From Verrucomicrobiia bacterium (lineage in GTDB: Bacteria; Verrucomicrobiota; Verrucomicrobiia; Palsa-1439): a DNA stretch of 64,000 nucleotides. The position numbers and the translations under genes are program-made. Below are positions 30,528 through 40,565 of this stretch, in pieces (the first letter of the stretch is position 1; every line of letters starts with the position of its first letter). The DNA is taken from contig JBGQCJ010000001.1 of NCBI GenBank assembly GCA_041495285.1, positions 4,407 through 68,406 of the forward strand. The letters are read 5' to 3'. A model generated the notes under the pieces. It had not been told where the DNA came from, ran no database searches, and worked only from the letters and a program-made list of their open reading frames with translations.

Positions 30528-31010
30528 CTACCTCCGCAACTTGCGCCTCAACGCCCCTTCGACACCGCGCGGCACGAAATCGCTCACGTCGCCGCCCAAG
30601 CTGGCGATCTCCCGCACCAGCCGCGAGCTAATGAACGTGTACTCGTCCTTCGGCATCAGAAAAATTGTTTCAATCTTCGAATCCAACTTACGATTCATCA
30701 AGGCCATCTGAAATTCAAACTCAAAGTCCGAAATGGCCCGCAACCCGCGCACCACCACCGCCGCTTTCTTTCGCCGAGCGTAGCGCACCAGCAAACCCTC
30801 AAAATCATCCACACTCACATTGCGCAGCCTCTTCACGGCGGCCCGCGCCAGCGCCACCCGCTCGCTGAGGTTGAACAGCGGCGTCTTCTCACCGTTGCGT
30901 GCGACGGCCACGACGACGTGATCGAACATTTTGGCGGCACGGTGAATCACATCCAAGTGACCGTTGGTGATGGGATCGAAACTACCAGGATAGACCGCGA
31001 TTTTGGCCAT
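30528..31010 (-). CDS. coaD: Phosphopantetheine adenylyltransferase
   Basis: YPGSFDPITNGH, RGLRAISDFEFE, ISSRLVREIA; AAGGAGG SD. Confidence 0.97.
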   Translation of the reverse strand: MAKIAVYPGSFDPITNGHLDVIHRAAKMFDHVVVAVARNGEKTPLFNLSERVALARAAVKRLRNVSVDDFEGLLVRYARRKKAAVVVRGLRAISDFEFEFQMALMNRKLDSKIETIFLMPKDEYTFISSRLVREIASLGGDVSDFVPRGVEGALRRKLRR

Positions 31011-31110
31011 AAACCTCCTTACGCGCTCTGCGCCACGATAATTTTTGTCGCCGGTATTTGCAATCTTTTCTTTTTCCGCCGGCACCGTTACAGTAACCCC
31101 CGGCAACGGC

Positions 31111-32514
31111 ATGAGACGCACCAAAATCATCTGCACCATCGGGCCGCACACCGAATCGCCGGAAATGCTCGAAAAAATGATCACCGCCGGTATGGACGTG
31201 GCGCGGTTGAACATGAGCCACGCCACGCACGAGTGGGCCCGCGAGATATTTGACTGCCTGCGCGACGCCGCGGAGCGAGTCGGTCGCCCCTGTGCCGTAA
31301 TGATGGACACGCAAGGCCCCGCCATCCGGACCGGTGACCTACCTCTGCCTCTGCACCTCGAACCCGGTGACGTGTTTGAGTTCACCGTCAAAGGCGCGCG
31401 CAGCGAAGAGGAAAAATCGGTGGACGTCAATTACGCCAACCTTGTTAACGACATCAGCGCGGGTGATACCGTGTTGGTGGACAACGGAGTGATTCGTCTC
31501 AGGGTTCTGGAGAAACTTCACCGGCGCATCCGTTGCGAGGTGCTGACGGAGGGGGAACTGGGTTCCCGCCGGCACATCAATCTGCCCGGTGTCAACATCA
31601 GCATGCCGTCCATCACGGACAAAGATCGCCGTGACATCGAACTCGGTTTGTCTCTCGGCGTCGATCTCTTCGCGCTATCATTCGTTCGGGAAAGCAAGGA
31701 CATCGAGGAATTGCGCGTGATACTCGCCGAACGCAAGGGCGACCAGAAAATCGTTGCAAAAATCGAGGACCAACAAGCTGTCCAAAACCTCTACGACCTC
31801 ATCGAAGCCAGCGACGGCATCATGGTCGCGCGCGGCGATCTCGGCATCGAATGTCCGTACGAAGAACTTCCCATCATCCAGCGCCGAACGGTGAAGGCTT
31901 GCATCCGGTACGGCAAGCCGGTCATCGTCGCCACACACATGCTGGAGTCCATGATCGAAAACCCGATGCCCACCCGTGCCGAAGTCACCGACGTAGCCAA
32001 CGCCGTCTTTGAGCAGGCGGACGCCATCATGCTCTCCGGCGAAACAACGGTCGGCGCTTATCCACTGGAATGCGTCGAAGTGATGAATCGGATTGCCGAG
32101 CGCATCGAACGCAGCGGCGGCGCCGGTTACGCTGAACGCGCTGAACTACGCGACGAACGTCAAAAAATAGTTCGTTCCGCAGTGGTCATGGCCAACGAAT
32201 TGAAAGCGAAGGGCATTCTCGTCTTCACCCGATACGGCCATATGGCGCAGTACACATCTTGGTTGCGCCCAGAATTTTCATCGATCTTCGCCCTCACCAA
32301 TTCCCAACGGGTTCGCAATCAACTGCAATTGCTCTGGGGTGTCACCCCATTTGTGACAGAGTTTAGTTCTGATCCCGAACTCACCATTCAACGGGCCGAG
32401 AAATTGTTGCTTGATGAGAAACGCTTGGCCAAGGGCGATCAGGTAGTCATCATTTCCGACATTCTCGCTCACGATAAGCTCATCAATGCCGTTCAGATGC
32501 GAGTCGTGGAATGA
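31111..32514 (+). CDS. pyk: Pyruvate kinase
   Basis: RRTKIICTIGP, ARLNMSH, AKIE, MVARGDLG, MLSGET. Confidence 0.97.
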   Translation: MRRTKIICTIGPHTESPEMLEKMITAGMDVARLNMSHATHEWAREIFDCLRDAAERVGRPCAVMMDTQGPAIRTGDLPLPLHLEPGDVFEFTVKGARSEEEKSVDVNYANLVNDISAGDTVLVDNGVIRLRVLEKLHRRIRCEVLTEGELGSRRHINLPGVNISMPSITDKDRRDIELGLSLGVDLFALSFVRESKDIEELRVILAERKGDQKIVAKIEDQQAVQNLYDLIEASDGIMVARGDLGIECPYEELPIIQRRTVKACIRYGKPVIVATHMLESMIENPMPTRAEVTDVANAVFEQADAIMLSGETTVGAYPLECVEVMNRIAERIERSGGAGYAERAELRDERQKIVRSAVVMANELKAKGILVFTRYGHMAQYTSWLRPEFSSIFALTNSQRVRNQLQLLWGVTPFVTEFSSDPELTIQRAEKLLLDEKRLAKGDQVVIISDILAHDKLINAVQMRVVE

Positions 32515-33635
32515 AAGCTCGCGTCTTGCATCTGCTGGTTGCGCTCGTTGTATCGGCCGGGACCGCACGAGCGCAGTCCTCCGGCATCGATGTGATCTCG
32601 GTGGCGCGCAAGGTTCGCCAATCCGTCGTGCTCATCATCATTCTCGACGACGCGGGACGCGAAATCGGCTCCGGCACGGGATTCATTGTGTCCGAGGACG
32701 GCAAGCTCATCACCAATCGCCACGTCGCCGGCGCGGGAGCGCGCATGCTCGCCAAAGCGTGGAACGGCAAGCAGTATCCGGTTACCGGGATGCTCGCCGA
32801 AGATCCCGAACGAGATTTGGTGATGCTCAAGATCGACTCCGCCAGCTTGCCGGCGCTTCCTCTCGGCTCCAGCGAACGGTTGACTGCGGACACGCCGGTC
32901 GTGGTCATGGGCAATCCATTCGGATTGGACGGCACCGTCACGCCGGCGCGCGTGTCCGGGTTTCGCGACTTTGCCGGCCAGCGACGCTGGATCGAACTGG
33001 CGACGCTGGAAGACACCTCCGGCGGTTTTCAACAGCGCATCATTCATGGCGACGGACTGCAGGTCACGACGCCGGTGACCTTCGGCTCGAGCGGCTCGCC
33101 CGTGGTGAACACGAACGGTGAAGTAGTCGGTGTCATCGCGATGGGCCGGGGACTGGCCCAGAGCCAGGCGGTGCCGGTCGAGTTCGCGAAGCGACTCCTC
33201 TCCGGCAACGTCTCTTCCTCGCAACCGAAATCACTCACCGATCTGACCAAACGCAATGCGAACCAGAGCGATCTGTCCTACGATCGCGAGTTCGCCGCTG
33301 CGACGCAGGCGCTGAAGACCGGCGACTACGCGGAAGCCCAACGGCTGATGAAGTCCGTGGTCTCCCGGTTTCCCAACAGCGCGCTCGCGCATCTGCTTCT
33401 CGGTCAGGCCTACGCGCAGCGCGAAGCTTATGCCGAGGCAACCGCTTCCTTTGAGCGCGCGACCAAACTCCGGCGCGATCTCGCGCCGGCATGGTACGGG
33501 CTGGCGGCGGTTTACTACCGGCAGGGCTTGCAGGACAAGGCGCGCGACGCTTGCCGCGAGCTGCAGCAGATCGATCCCAATTTGGCGAATGAATTAAAGA
33601 GGTTGATCCCCGCTTTGCAGTCTTCCAGCCCATGA
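32511..33635 (+). CDS. Secreted trypsin-like serine protease with TPR repeats
   Basis: Signal peptide, GTGF, TNRHV, GSSGSP, C-terminal TPRs. Confidence 0.88.
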   Translation: MKARVLHLLVALVVSAGTARAQSSGIDVISVARKVRQSVVLIIILDDAGREIGSGTGFIVSEDGKLITNRHVAGAGARMLAKAWNGKQYPVTGMLAEDPERDLVMLKIDSASLPALPLGSSERLTADTPVVVMGNPFGLDGTVTPARVSGFRDFAGQRRWIELATLEDTSGGFQQRIIHGDGLQVTTPVTFGSSGSPVVNTNGEVVGVIAMGRGLAQSQAVPVEFAKRLLSGNVSSSQPKSLTDLTKRNANQSDLSYDREFAAATQALKTGDYAEAQRLMKSVVSRFPNSALAHLLLGQAYAQREAYAEATASFERATKLRRDLAPAWYGLAAVYYRQGLQDKARDACRELQQIDPNLANELKRLIPALQSSSP

Positions 33636-33681
33636 TTTTTGGACTCTGCAGGGCATGAGAACTGCTTGAGCAAGAGCCTCG

Positions 33682-34506
33682 ATGCACAAACGCTTCGTCA
33701 ACTGGGCCATCAACCGCCGCCAACAATCCGTCAGAAACAAGCCGGACAACCCGAGGGCATGGTCGAAACTTTACACGCTGTTCATCGAGGAGAACCGGTT
33801 TGCCGATTTCGTCGCCTTCTGCCAAGAGACGATTCGTCAGTATCCGGCCAACCAGCACGCCTGGACCTATCTCGAAGTCGCCAGCAAGAGCGACGCGCAT
33901 CCGGTGGATTTGGTCGCTTTCTCCCGTGAGATCATCGCTCTCTATTCGGAGAGCGGTTACGCTTGGGGACACATCGACGCCGTGTGCAGCACGCAGGAGG
34001 ATTTTGCCGAACTGATCGCCATCTGCAACGACGTCGTGGCCCGTCATCCGAGAAGTCTCTCCGCCTGGTTGCGACTCGTTCGCGCCCACAAGAAACTCGG
34101 CAACTACAGCGATGCGGCCATGGCGTGCCTTGAACTCATCAAGCTCAATCACGACGACGCCCAGACACGCTGCGATCTGGCCGACGCTTACGCCGCGTTG
34201 CGCAAGTACGAAGACGCCATCGCCGAGTACCGCCAAGCCATCAAACGCAAGCCCGGCATGCTCACCGCGTGGAACAACCTCGGCAACGTCTTCCACACGC
34301 AAGGCGAATACGAAGAAGCCATCGGGGCGTATCAACAAGCCATCAAGCTCAACCCCGACGACGTGACGCCGTGGGTCTGGCTTTGCCTCGCGCAAACGCA
34401 CCTCGGCGACAGGGCCAAAGCACAAGAAGCGATCAACAAAGTCCAGAAGCGCCTGCCCCTCGTCGCCGACATGCTCGCCGAAGCCGTCGCGAAAGAATCC
34501 GCTTAA
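33682..34506 (+). CDS. TPR-repeat protein
   Basis: AWNNLG..YEEAI..YQQAI repeats. Confidence 0.8.
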   Translation: MHKRFVNWAINRRQQSVRNKPDNPRAWSKLYTLFIEENRFADFVAFCQETIRQYPANQHAWTYLEVASKSDAHPVDLVAFSREIIALYSESGYAWGHIDAVCSTQEDFAELIAICNDVVARHPRSLSAWLRLVRAHKKLGNYSDAAMACLELIKLNHDDAQTRCDLADAYAALRKYEDAIAEYRQAIKRKPGMLTAWNNLGNVFHTQGEYEEAIGAYQQAIKLNPDDVTPWVWLCLAQTHLGDRAKAQEAINKVQKRLPLVADMLAEAVAKESA

Positions 34507-35081
34507 TTCCCCGACTCTGCGGTCGCTTCGTGTTGCGCAAGAAAACTCACGCGCGTATCCCCGTAAACTGATTCACGAATCAACTGCGACGACGCCGGCA
34601 CGCTCAGCGCGTCTCGTTTCGCTGATTCGAGAACGAACAGGCCTCCATCTGCAAGCAGTCCCGGTAAGACGCTGTTATCGAGAAGCGACTGCGCGGCATT
34701 GCCGTACGGTGGATCGGCGAAGATGAGAGAGAACTTCTCACCTGCGCCGGCAACCTTTCGGAGTTGAGCGAATGCGTCGGCCCGCATGATCATCAACTCA
34801 CACGAGACGTTCCGGTTCTTCCGAAATGTTTCCAAGTTTTTCTGCAGGCTCGTCAACGCCACGCGCGATTGTTCGACGAATGTCACGGAGGCGGCACCAC
34901 GGCTGGCCGCCTCCAATCCTAGCGCGCCCGTGCCGGCAAACAAATCCAATACTGTCGCGCCGATGACACGTTCGCCGAGGCTGGAAAAGATCGCTTCGCG
35001 GATCCGGTCGGCAGTCGGGCGCACGCCGCTGCGGGGAACGGCCAGCAGCATTCCTTTAGCGGCACCGGCGATGATGCGCAT
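34503..35081 (-). CDS. rsmD: 16S rRNA m2G966 methyltransferase
   Basis: MRIIAG, RPTADRIREAIF, LDLFAGTGALG, DPPY. Confidence 0.95.
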   Translation of the reverse strand: MRIIAGAAKGMLLAVPRSGVRPTADRIREAIFSSLGERVIGATVLDLFAGTGALGLEAASRGAASVTFVEQSRVALTSLQKNLETFRKNRNVSCELMIMRADAFAQLRKVAGAGEKFSLIFADPPYGNAAQSLLDNSVLPGLLADGGLFVLESAKRDALSVPASSQLIRESVYGDTRVSFLAQHEATAESGN

Positions 35082-35084
35082 GGT

Positions 35085-36407
35085 TTACTTGAGCAACTTC
35101 TGAAGACCTTTTTCGATCAGTTGTTGCGCGGCGCCTCGCACAATCTTGTCCTTCAAGTCCGTTTGCGGCGCGTCGTACGGACCCCACACGCGGAAGTCGA
35201 TCGTGAAAAAACCGTCGGGCCGCTCGGTGAAGACGTTGCGAATCTCCGGCGGCACCTTGTCGAGCGTGCCTTTGGCGAGGGCAAGTGTCAGGTCGTGATT
35301 CAGCGTGTAATCAGTCAGCGAGACGGCGCCCTTGCCGGTAATCTGCACGAGCGGCGAGAGAAGTCGGATGACCGGCGTCTGCATCACATTGTTCGTCAGC
35401 GAAAACTCCAGCAGGCACTCGTCGAACTTGATTTCGCGCAGCTCGGGCACTTGCAGCAGATTGGCGATCAGATTCTGCAGCGGCACCTGCGTCAATGTTC
35501 CGCCGACAATCTCCGCGCGACCGTTACCGGCCATGGTCGGCAATCCGCCCGTTCCTTGCAGCGCAGTGGAAACTTGCAGCTTGCCGGTCATCACTCGTTT
35601 CGTGCCGGCTTCTTCCAGCAACTTGTTCACGTCCGCGTCCTTGACCTGCAGTTTCACCGCGTAGGCAAAACCGCCTGCCAAGTTCAAACGCAGCTCGCCG
35701 CTGATTGAGCCGCCGGCCAGTTGGCCGGTCAGCGGCGTCAACACCACCGCGTCGGCTTGAAACTTCACCGGTGCCGCCAACTGCCGCACAAATAACGCGC
35801 CGGCCACGTCCACCGTCTCAATGCGCACGTCTCCGGCGCCACCGAGCGTGTTACCGGAGTAGTTCACGCTGCTGTGAAAATTAACTTTCTGCACCCGGAC
35901 AATCGGCTTGCCCTTTTCGCTGAGCATGACCACGTCGCCGTCGTTCAACGCGACGCTCGACAACGCGATATCAAACCCGGCCACCGTTTTCTTCGGCGCG
36001 GCTTTTCCCGGCTCCGGCGCCCCGCCAATCTTCTCATAGTTCCACTCGTTTTTTTCGTTGCGCGCGAGGTTGATGACCGGCTTGTCCAGCGTGAGCTGTT
36101 CGATCTCGACGCGTCGGCGCAGCAATGGCAGCAGCCGGGGTCTCAGCACAAACGCTTCCGCCGTCAGCAATGGACCGTCGAACCCGCGTGGGTTGGCGAT
36201 GGCGATGCCGCGCAGGCTGATGCCGCGCAACAGGGAAACGTTGAGGTCGGTGATCGTGACCTCGGAGCCGAGCGCGGCACGGGCGGCATCCAGCGCGGCG
36301 CGTTTGAAGGCCGGCGTTTGCAGGTAGTGGTTCAGATACAGCACGCCGCCGACCACCAGCAGAACGATCAACGCGAGAATAATCCCCAAAATCTTGAGCG
36401 CTTTCAT
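35085..36407 (-). CDS. AsmA-family protein
   Basis: N-terminal TM, LLPLL..VEIEQLTLDKP, beta-rich repeats; GGAGG SD. Confidence 0.85.
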   Translation of the reverse strand: MKALKILGIILALIVLLVVGGVLYLNHYLQTPAFKRAALDAARAALGSEVTITDLNVSLLRGISLRGIAIANPRGFDGPLLTAEAFVLRPRLLPLLRRRVEIEQLTLDKPVINLARNEKNEWNYEKIGGAPEPGKAAPKKTVAGFDIALSSVALNDGDVVMLSEKGKPIVRVQKVNFHSSVNYSGNTLGGAGDVRIETVDVAGALFVRQLAAPVKFQADAVVLTPLTGQLAGGSISGELRLNLAGGFAYAVKLQVKDADVNKLLEEAGTKRVMTGKLQVSTALQGTGGLPTMAGNGRAEIVGGTLTQVPLQNLIANLLQVPELREIKFDECLLEFSLTNNVMQTPVIRLLSPLVQITGKGAVSLTDYTLNHDLTLALAKGTLDKVPPEIRNVFTERPDGFFTIDFRVWGPYDAPQTDLKDKIVRGAAQQLIEKGLQKLLK

Positions 36408-36477
36408 GCACCACCTCCGAAAAGTTCTGGTTTGGCTTGTGCCTCTCCTTGCCATAAGATAATAGCACCCGGCAGCC

Positions 36478-37386
36478 ATGGCCAGAGCTTTCGTCATTTT
36501 CAACCCGGCCGCACGCGGCGAAAAATCCCAGCGCGTCCGGCAATTTCTCCAATCAAAAGCGTCCGCCGACCCCGCGCTTACGGTGGCGCCGACGAGCGGA
36601 CCCGGCGACGCCACGCAACTCGCCACGCGCGCCGTCGCCGATGGCTACGAGTTGATCGTCGCCGCCGGCGGCGACGGCACGATCAACGAAGTGATCAACG
36701 GCATCGGCACCAGCGGCGTGCCGTTGGCGATTTTGCCGCTCGGCACCGTCAACGTCTTCGCGCGCGAACTCGGCCTCCCGCGCAAACTCGACGCCGCGTG
36801 GCGCGTAGTCGAATCCGGCAAGGTGCGCCGCATTGATCTCGCCTGCGCCGAGGCCGGTGGCACGAAGCGATATTTCGCGCAACTGGCCGGCGTTGGTTTC
36901 GATGCTGCGGCGGTTCAGCGCGCGAGTTGGGAATTGAAAAAGAAAATCGGTCCGCTCAGTTACGTCTGGGCCGGTCTGCAGACGTTGGCGCAGCCAGCAG
37001 CGGCGATCGAAGTTTCCGTCAACGGCTCCGGGCCGCGCGGACGCGGGCCGGCCGTGTTGATCGGCAACGGACGCTTCTACGGCGGCTCGTTCCGCGTGTT
37101 CCCCGAGGCGAAGCTGGACGACGGTTTGCTCGACGTGTGTGTGTTCGAGAACGGCGGTTATCTCGACGTGCTCCGCTACACACAGGGAGTTTTTCGCGGC
37201 GTGCACACGAAGTTTCGCGACGTGCATTATTTTCAAACAAAAGAATTGCAGTGCAACGCGCCGGCCACGGTGCTGTTCGAGGTGGACGGCGAACTGGCAG
37301 GCGCGGCGCCCGTACGGTTTTCAGTGGCGCCGCGCGCGTTGCCGGTGATGGTGCCCGATCGAGAAGGAGGAATTGACCATGCTTGA
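36478..37386 (+). CDS. Diacylglycerol kinase-family (YegS/DagK) lipid kinase
   Basis: NPAA, GGDGTINEV, PLGTVNVFA, GVGFDA, DGE. Confidence 0.93.
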   Translation: MARAFVIFNPAARGEKSQRVRQFLQSKASADPALTVAPTSGPGDATQLATRAVADGYELIVAAGGDGTINEVINGIGTSGVPLAILPLGTVNVFARELGLPRKLDAAWRVVESGKVRRIDLACAEAGGTKRYFAQLAGVGFDAAAVQRASWELKKKIGPLSYVWAGLQTLAQPAAAIEVSVNGSGPRGRGPAVLIGNGRFYGGSFRVFPEAKLDDGLLDVCVFENGGYLDVLRYTQGVFRGVHTKFRDVHYFQTKELQCNAPATVLFEVDGELAGAAPVRFSVAPRALPVMVPDREGGIDHA

Positions 37387-38641
37387 TGTCTTCATGCAAT
37401 CGCCCGCATTCGCGATGGCCTGCCAGCAGTACGACCGGGTCGCCGACATTCTGGAAATCCCGCAAGGCGAGCGGGAGCGCACGAAGACGCCGCGGCGCGC
37501 GTTTGTCGTGACGGTGCCGGTGCGCATGGAAGACGGTCGCACGGACATGTTCATCGGCTACCGGGTTCAGCATCACCTCTCGCTGGGCCCGACCAAGGGC
37601 GGTCTGCGTTTCCATCCGGACGTCACGCTCGGCGAAGTCGCCGCGTTGGCGATGTGGATGAGTTGGAAATGCGCGTTGTGCGGCCTGCCCTACGGCGGCG
37701 CCAAAGGAGGCGTTACGTGCAATCCCCGCGAGATGAGTCGTGGTGAACTCGAACGTTTAACGCGCCGCTACACGCAGGAAATGATTCCGTTCATCGGGCC
37801 GCACATTGACGTGATGGCGCCCGACGTGGGCACCAACGAGCAGATCATGGCGTGGATGATGGACACGTACTCGATGCACGCGGGTAACCCGGTACCCCAA
37901 ATCGTCACCGGCAAGCCGGTCGCCCTCGGCGGATCGCTCGGTCGCAAAGAGGCCACCGGACGGGGCGTGGCTTATCTGATCAACCGCACGATGGACAATC
38001 TGGGCATCAAGTCCGAGGGCACACGCGTGGTCGTTCAGGGGTTCGGCAACGTCGGTTCGGTGGCCGCCCAAACGCTGGACCGATTCGGCGCGAAGATCAT
38101 CGCCGTGAGCGATCATACCGGCGGCGTGTTCAACAAGAACGGGCTGGACGTGAACAAGCTCATCGATCACGCGGCGAAACACGGTCACCTCGGAGAGTAT
38201 CGCGACGATTGCGAGCGCATCACCAACGAGGAGCTTCTCCAACTTGATTGCGAAGTGCTGATCCCGGCTGCGTTGGAACGACAGATTACGGAAAAGAATG
38301 TGCGTAAACTCCACTGCCGCATCCTCGCCGAAGCCGCCAACGGCCCGACCACGTTCGAGGCCGACGATGTTCTTCGCGAGTCCGACATTCTCGTGATACC
38401 GGACATCCTGTGCAATGCCGGTGGCGTGATCGTCAGTTACTTCGAATGGGTGCAGGACTTGCAGAGCTTTTTCTGGACGGAAGGCGAAGTCAACGACAAG
38501 CTCTACCGGATGTTGGAGACGGCGTACCATCAGGTTCTCCAACGCGCGAAGGCGCAGAAGCTCTACACACGCGACGCGGCGCTGGCTCTTGGCATCAGCC
38601 GCATCGCGCAAGCGAAACAGATGCTTGGTTTGTTTCCGTGA
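37379..38641 (+). CDS. gdhA: Glutamate dehydrogenase (Glu/Leu/Phe/Val family)
   Basis: GPTKGGLRF, GGAKGG, APDVGT, QGFGNVG, NAGGVIVSYFEW. Confidence 0.95.
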   Translation: MLDVFMQSPAFAMACQQYDRVADILEIPQGERERTKTPRRAFVVTVPVRMEDGRTDMFIGYRVQHHLSLGPTKGGLRFHPDVTLGEVAALAMWMSWKCALCGLPYGGAKGGVTCNPREMSRGELERLTRRYTQEMIPFIGPHIDVMAPDVGTNEQIMAWMMDTYSMHAGNPVPQIVTGKPVALGGSLGRKEATGRGVAYLINRTMDNLGIKSEGTRVVVQGFGNVGSVAAQTLDRFGAKIIAVSDHTGGVFNKNGLDVNKLIDHAAKHGHLGEYRDDCERITNEELLQLDCEVLIPAALERQITEKNVRKLHCRILAEAANGPTTFEADDVLRESDILVIPDILCNAGGVIVSYFEWVQDLQSFFWTEGEVNDKLYRMLETAYHQVLQRAKAQKLYTRDAALALGISRIAQAKQMLGLFP

Positions 38642-38648
38642 TCTGACG

Positions 38649-39101
38649 ATGTGGACGACAGCCAGACAATTGATCTTGGTTCTGCAGATCGTGACGGTTC
38701 TGCAGGCGCAATGGATTTTACCGGTTCGCGCGCCGGCAGTATCAGTCACGCCGCACGCGCCGGCCGATAGGTGCGCGACAACTCATCAATGCGGCTGCCC
38801 CGCGGAGTTGACCGCGCATCATGCGTGTTGCTGTTTTGAGTCGTCGGAGCACGCGGAGCACAATGATTCCCCCAAGAAGCCGGTAAGCCCCTTTGAAAAA
38901 CTTCTTCGCGCCGCGCAGTGCGGCGGGGACCGGCCGGCGCACAACGCTGTCGTCGCCAGTCTGGAGTTTGTCCCCGGGGCGACTGTGCAGGTTGGACCCG
39001 TTAACGTCGTCGAGATTCTCCTGCATCCCAGCAGCGAAACACCGGTGAGTCGCTCCTCCGAGCCTCCGGACCCTCCACCGAGATCCGTCTTCCTCGCCTA
39101 A
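38649..39101 (+). CDS. Cys/His-rich exported-type leader protein with C-terminal PPDPPPR
   Basis: Hydrophobic N-terminus, CATTHQCGC, HHACCC, polyproline tail; upstream of an OM transporter. Confidence 0.7.
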   Translation: MWTTARQLILVLQIVTVLQAQWILPVRAPAVSVTPHAPADRCATTHQCGCPAELTAHHACCCFESSEHAEHNDSPKKPVSPFEKLLRAAQCGGDRPAHNAVVASLEFVPGATVQVGPVNVVEILLHPSSETPVSRSSEPPDPPPRSVFLA

Positions 39102-39199
39102 TCTCAAACTTGTGCTAGCACAGGTGAAGTGTGCCCTTGGTGGCAGCGCTTCACGGCGTACCGGTTTCCATCAATCAACTTTTGCGGAGGATGTTTATA

Positions 39200-40150
39200 A
39201 TGAAACGATTGGCAGTTGTTGTAATTCTTGCAGGCTTAACCACAACGCGTGCGCTGGCCTGCGATTTGTGCGCGGTGTACACCGCCACGGAGGCGAAAGA
39301 GGCTAGGGAGGGTTTCAGTGTCGGCGTGTTTGAGCAGTTCACGCACTTCGGGACGTTGCAGGAGGACGGAGAGAAGACCGACGACCCGGTGGGGCAGCGC
39401 CTCGACAGTTTCATCACGCAGTTCATCGTTGGGTATCAGGTCAACGACCGGTTTGGGTTGCAGGTCAACGTGCCGTACATTCGCCGGTCGTTCAAAAGGC
39501 CGGACGGCTTCGCGATCGACGAGGGCACGGTGTCCGGTCTAGGTGACATGTCGCTCATCGGCCGGTTCCGGGCTTACGAACACCTGAGCGAGGACGCGAC
39601 GTTCATCTGGTACGTGCTTGGCGGGGTGAAGTTTCCGACCGGCAGCAGTGACCGTTTATTGGAGGAAGTGAACGAAGTTCCTCCGCCGCCAGGCGCGCCC
39701 GAGAGCGGCATCCACGGACACGATCTTGCGCTCGGCAGCGGCTCGTACGACGGCATCGTCGGCACCACGCTCTTTGCGCGATGGAAGCGGCTCTTCGGAA
39801 CGCTCGGCGTGCAATACGCGATCCGCACGCTCGGCGACTTCGAGTATCGCTACGCCAACGACCTAACATGGAGCGGCGGCCCCGGCGTCTATCTCTGGCT
39901 CGCGCACAAAGGAACATTGACGCTCCAACTCAACGTCTCCGGTGAAACGAAAGGCAAGGACACGTTCCAGGGTGAGAAGGCCGAAGACACCGGCATCACG
40001 TCGGTCTATCTCGGGCCGGAATTCGCGCTCACGTGGAGGGAAAACCTGAGTGCCGATCTCGGCGTGGACATCCCGGTTATCATGGACAACACGTCGCTGC
40101 AACTCGTGCCGGACTATCGGGTGCGCGCCGCAGTGACGTGGAGATTCTAG
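39200..40150 (+). CDS. Outer-membrane beta-barrel transporter (MetA-pathway-like) with N-terminal CxxC
   Basis: Signal peptide then CDLC; SGLGD, KFPTG, HGHD, GSGSYD; terminal Phe; GGAGG SD. Confidence 0.8.
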   Translation: MKRLAVVVILAGLTTTRALACDLCAVYTATEAKEAREGFSVGVFEQFTHFGTLQEDGEKTDDPVGQRLDSFITQFIVGYQVNDRFGLQVNVPYIRRSFKRPDGFAIDEGTVSGLGDMSLIGRFRAYEHLSEDATFIWYVLGGVKFPTGSSDRLLEEVNEVPPPPGAPESGIHGHDLALGSGSYDGIVGTTLFARWKRLFGTLGVQYAIRTLGDFEYRYANDLTWSGGPGVYLWLAHKGTLTLQLNVSGETKGKDTFQGEKAEDTGITSVYLGPEFALTWRENLSADLGVDIPVIMDNTSLQLVPDYRVRAAVTWRF

Positions 40151-40156
40151 GCGCGC

Positions 40157-40185
40157 TTGACATTTTGCCGCTGGGACGCAAGAGT
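40157..40185 (+). promoter_or_regulatory. Possible internal promoter
   Basis: TTGACA-N17-AAGAGT (weak -10). Confidence 0.35.
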
Positions 40186-40197
40186 GTCGGCAGTCGC

Positions 40198-40482
40198 ATG
40201 AAAAACCGCCTCAGAGCCGCCATCGTTCTGTTGCTCTACCTGAGCGTGGCGCTGGTGTTTGGCGTTTTGCACGACCACCACGACCACGGTACGCTGCGCG
40301 GCCACGACGATTGCGCCGCTTGCAAGTGGCAGATCTCTGCGGTTGGTAACGTGCCGGTTGTATGCGTTTTCGCGACCATTCACATCGTCGCCACGGCAGC
40401 GACCACGTTCCAATCTTCGGAACTGCCGGCACCGTTCGTCGCCTCCACCGCCTCTCGCGCTCCTCCCATCGCCTCGACATAA
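40198..40482 (+). CDS. DUF2946-like leader protein (His tract, CxxC, RAPP)
   Basis: TM/signal, HDHHDH, CAAC, C-terminal SRAPP. Confidence 0.8.
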   Translation: MKNRLRAAIVLLLYLSVALVFGVLHDHHDHGTLRGHDDCAACKWQISAVGNVPVVCVFATIHIVATAATTFQSSELPAPFVASTASRAPPIAST

Positions 40483-40565
40483 CTCGCTGAGGTGTCGTCC
40501 CCAACTTAAACCACCGCGCTCGCATTGTCGGGCGCGTTGAAAACCAGCTTTGGGAGGAGAATGTC

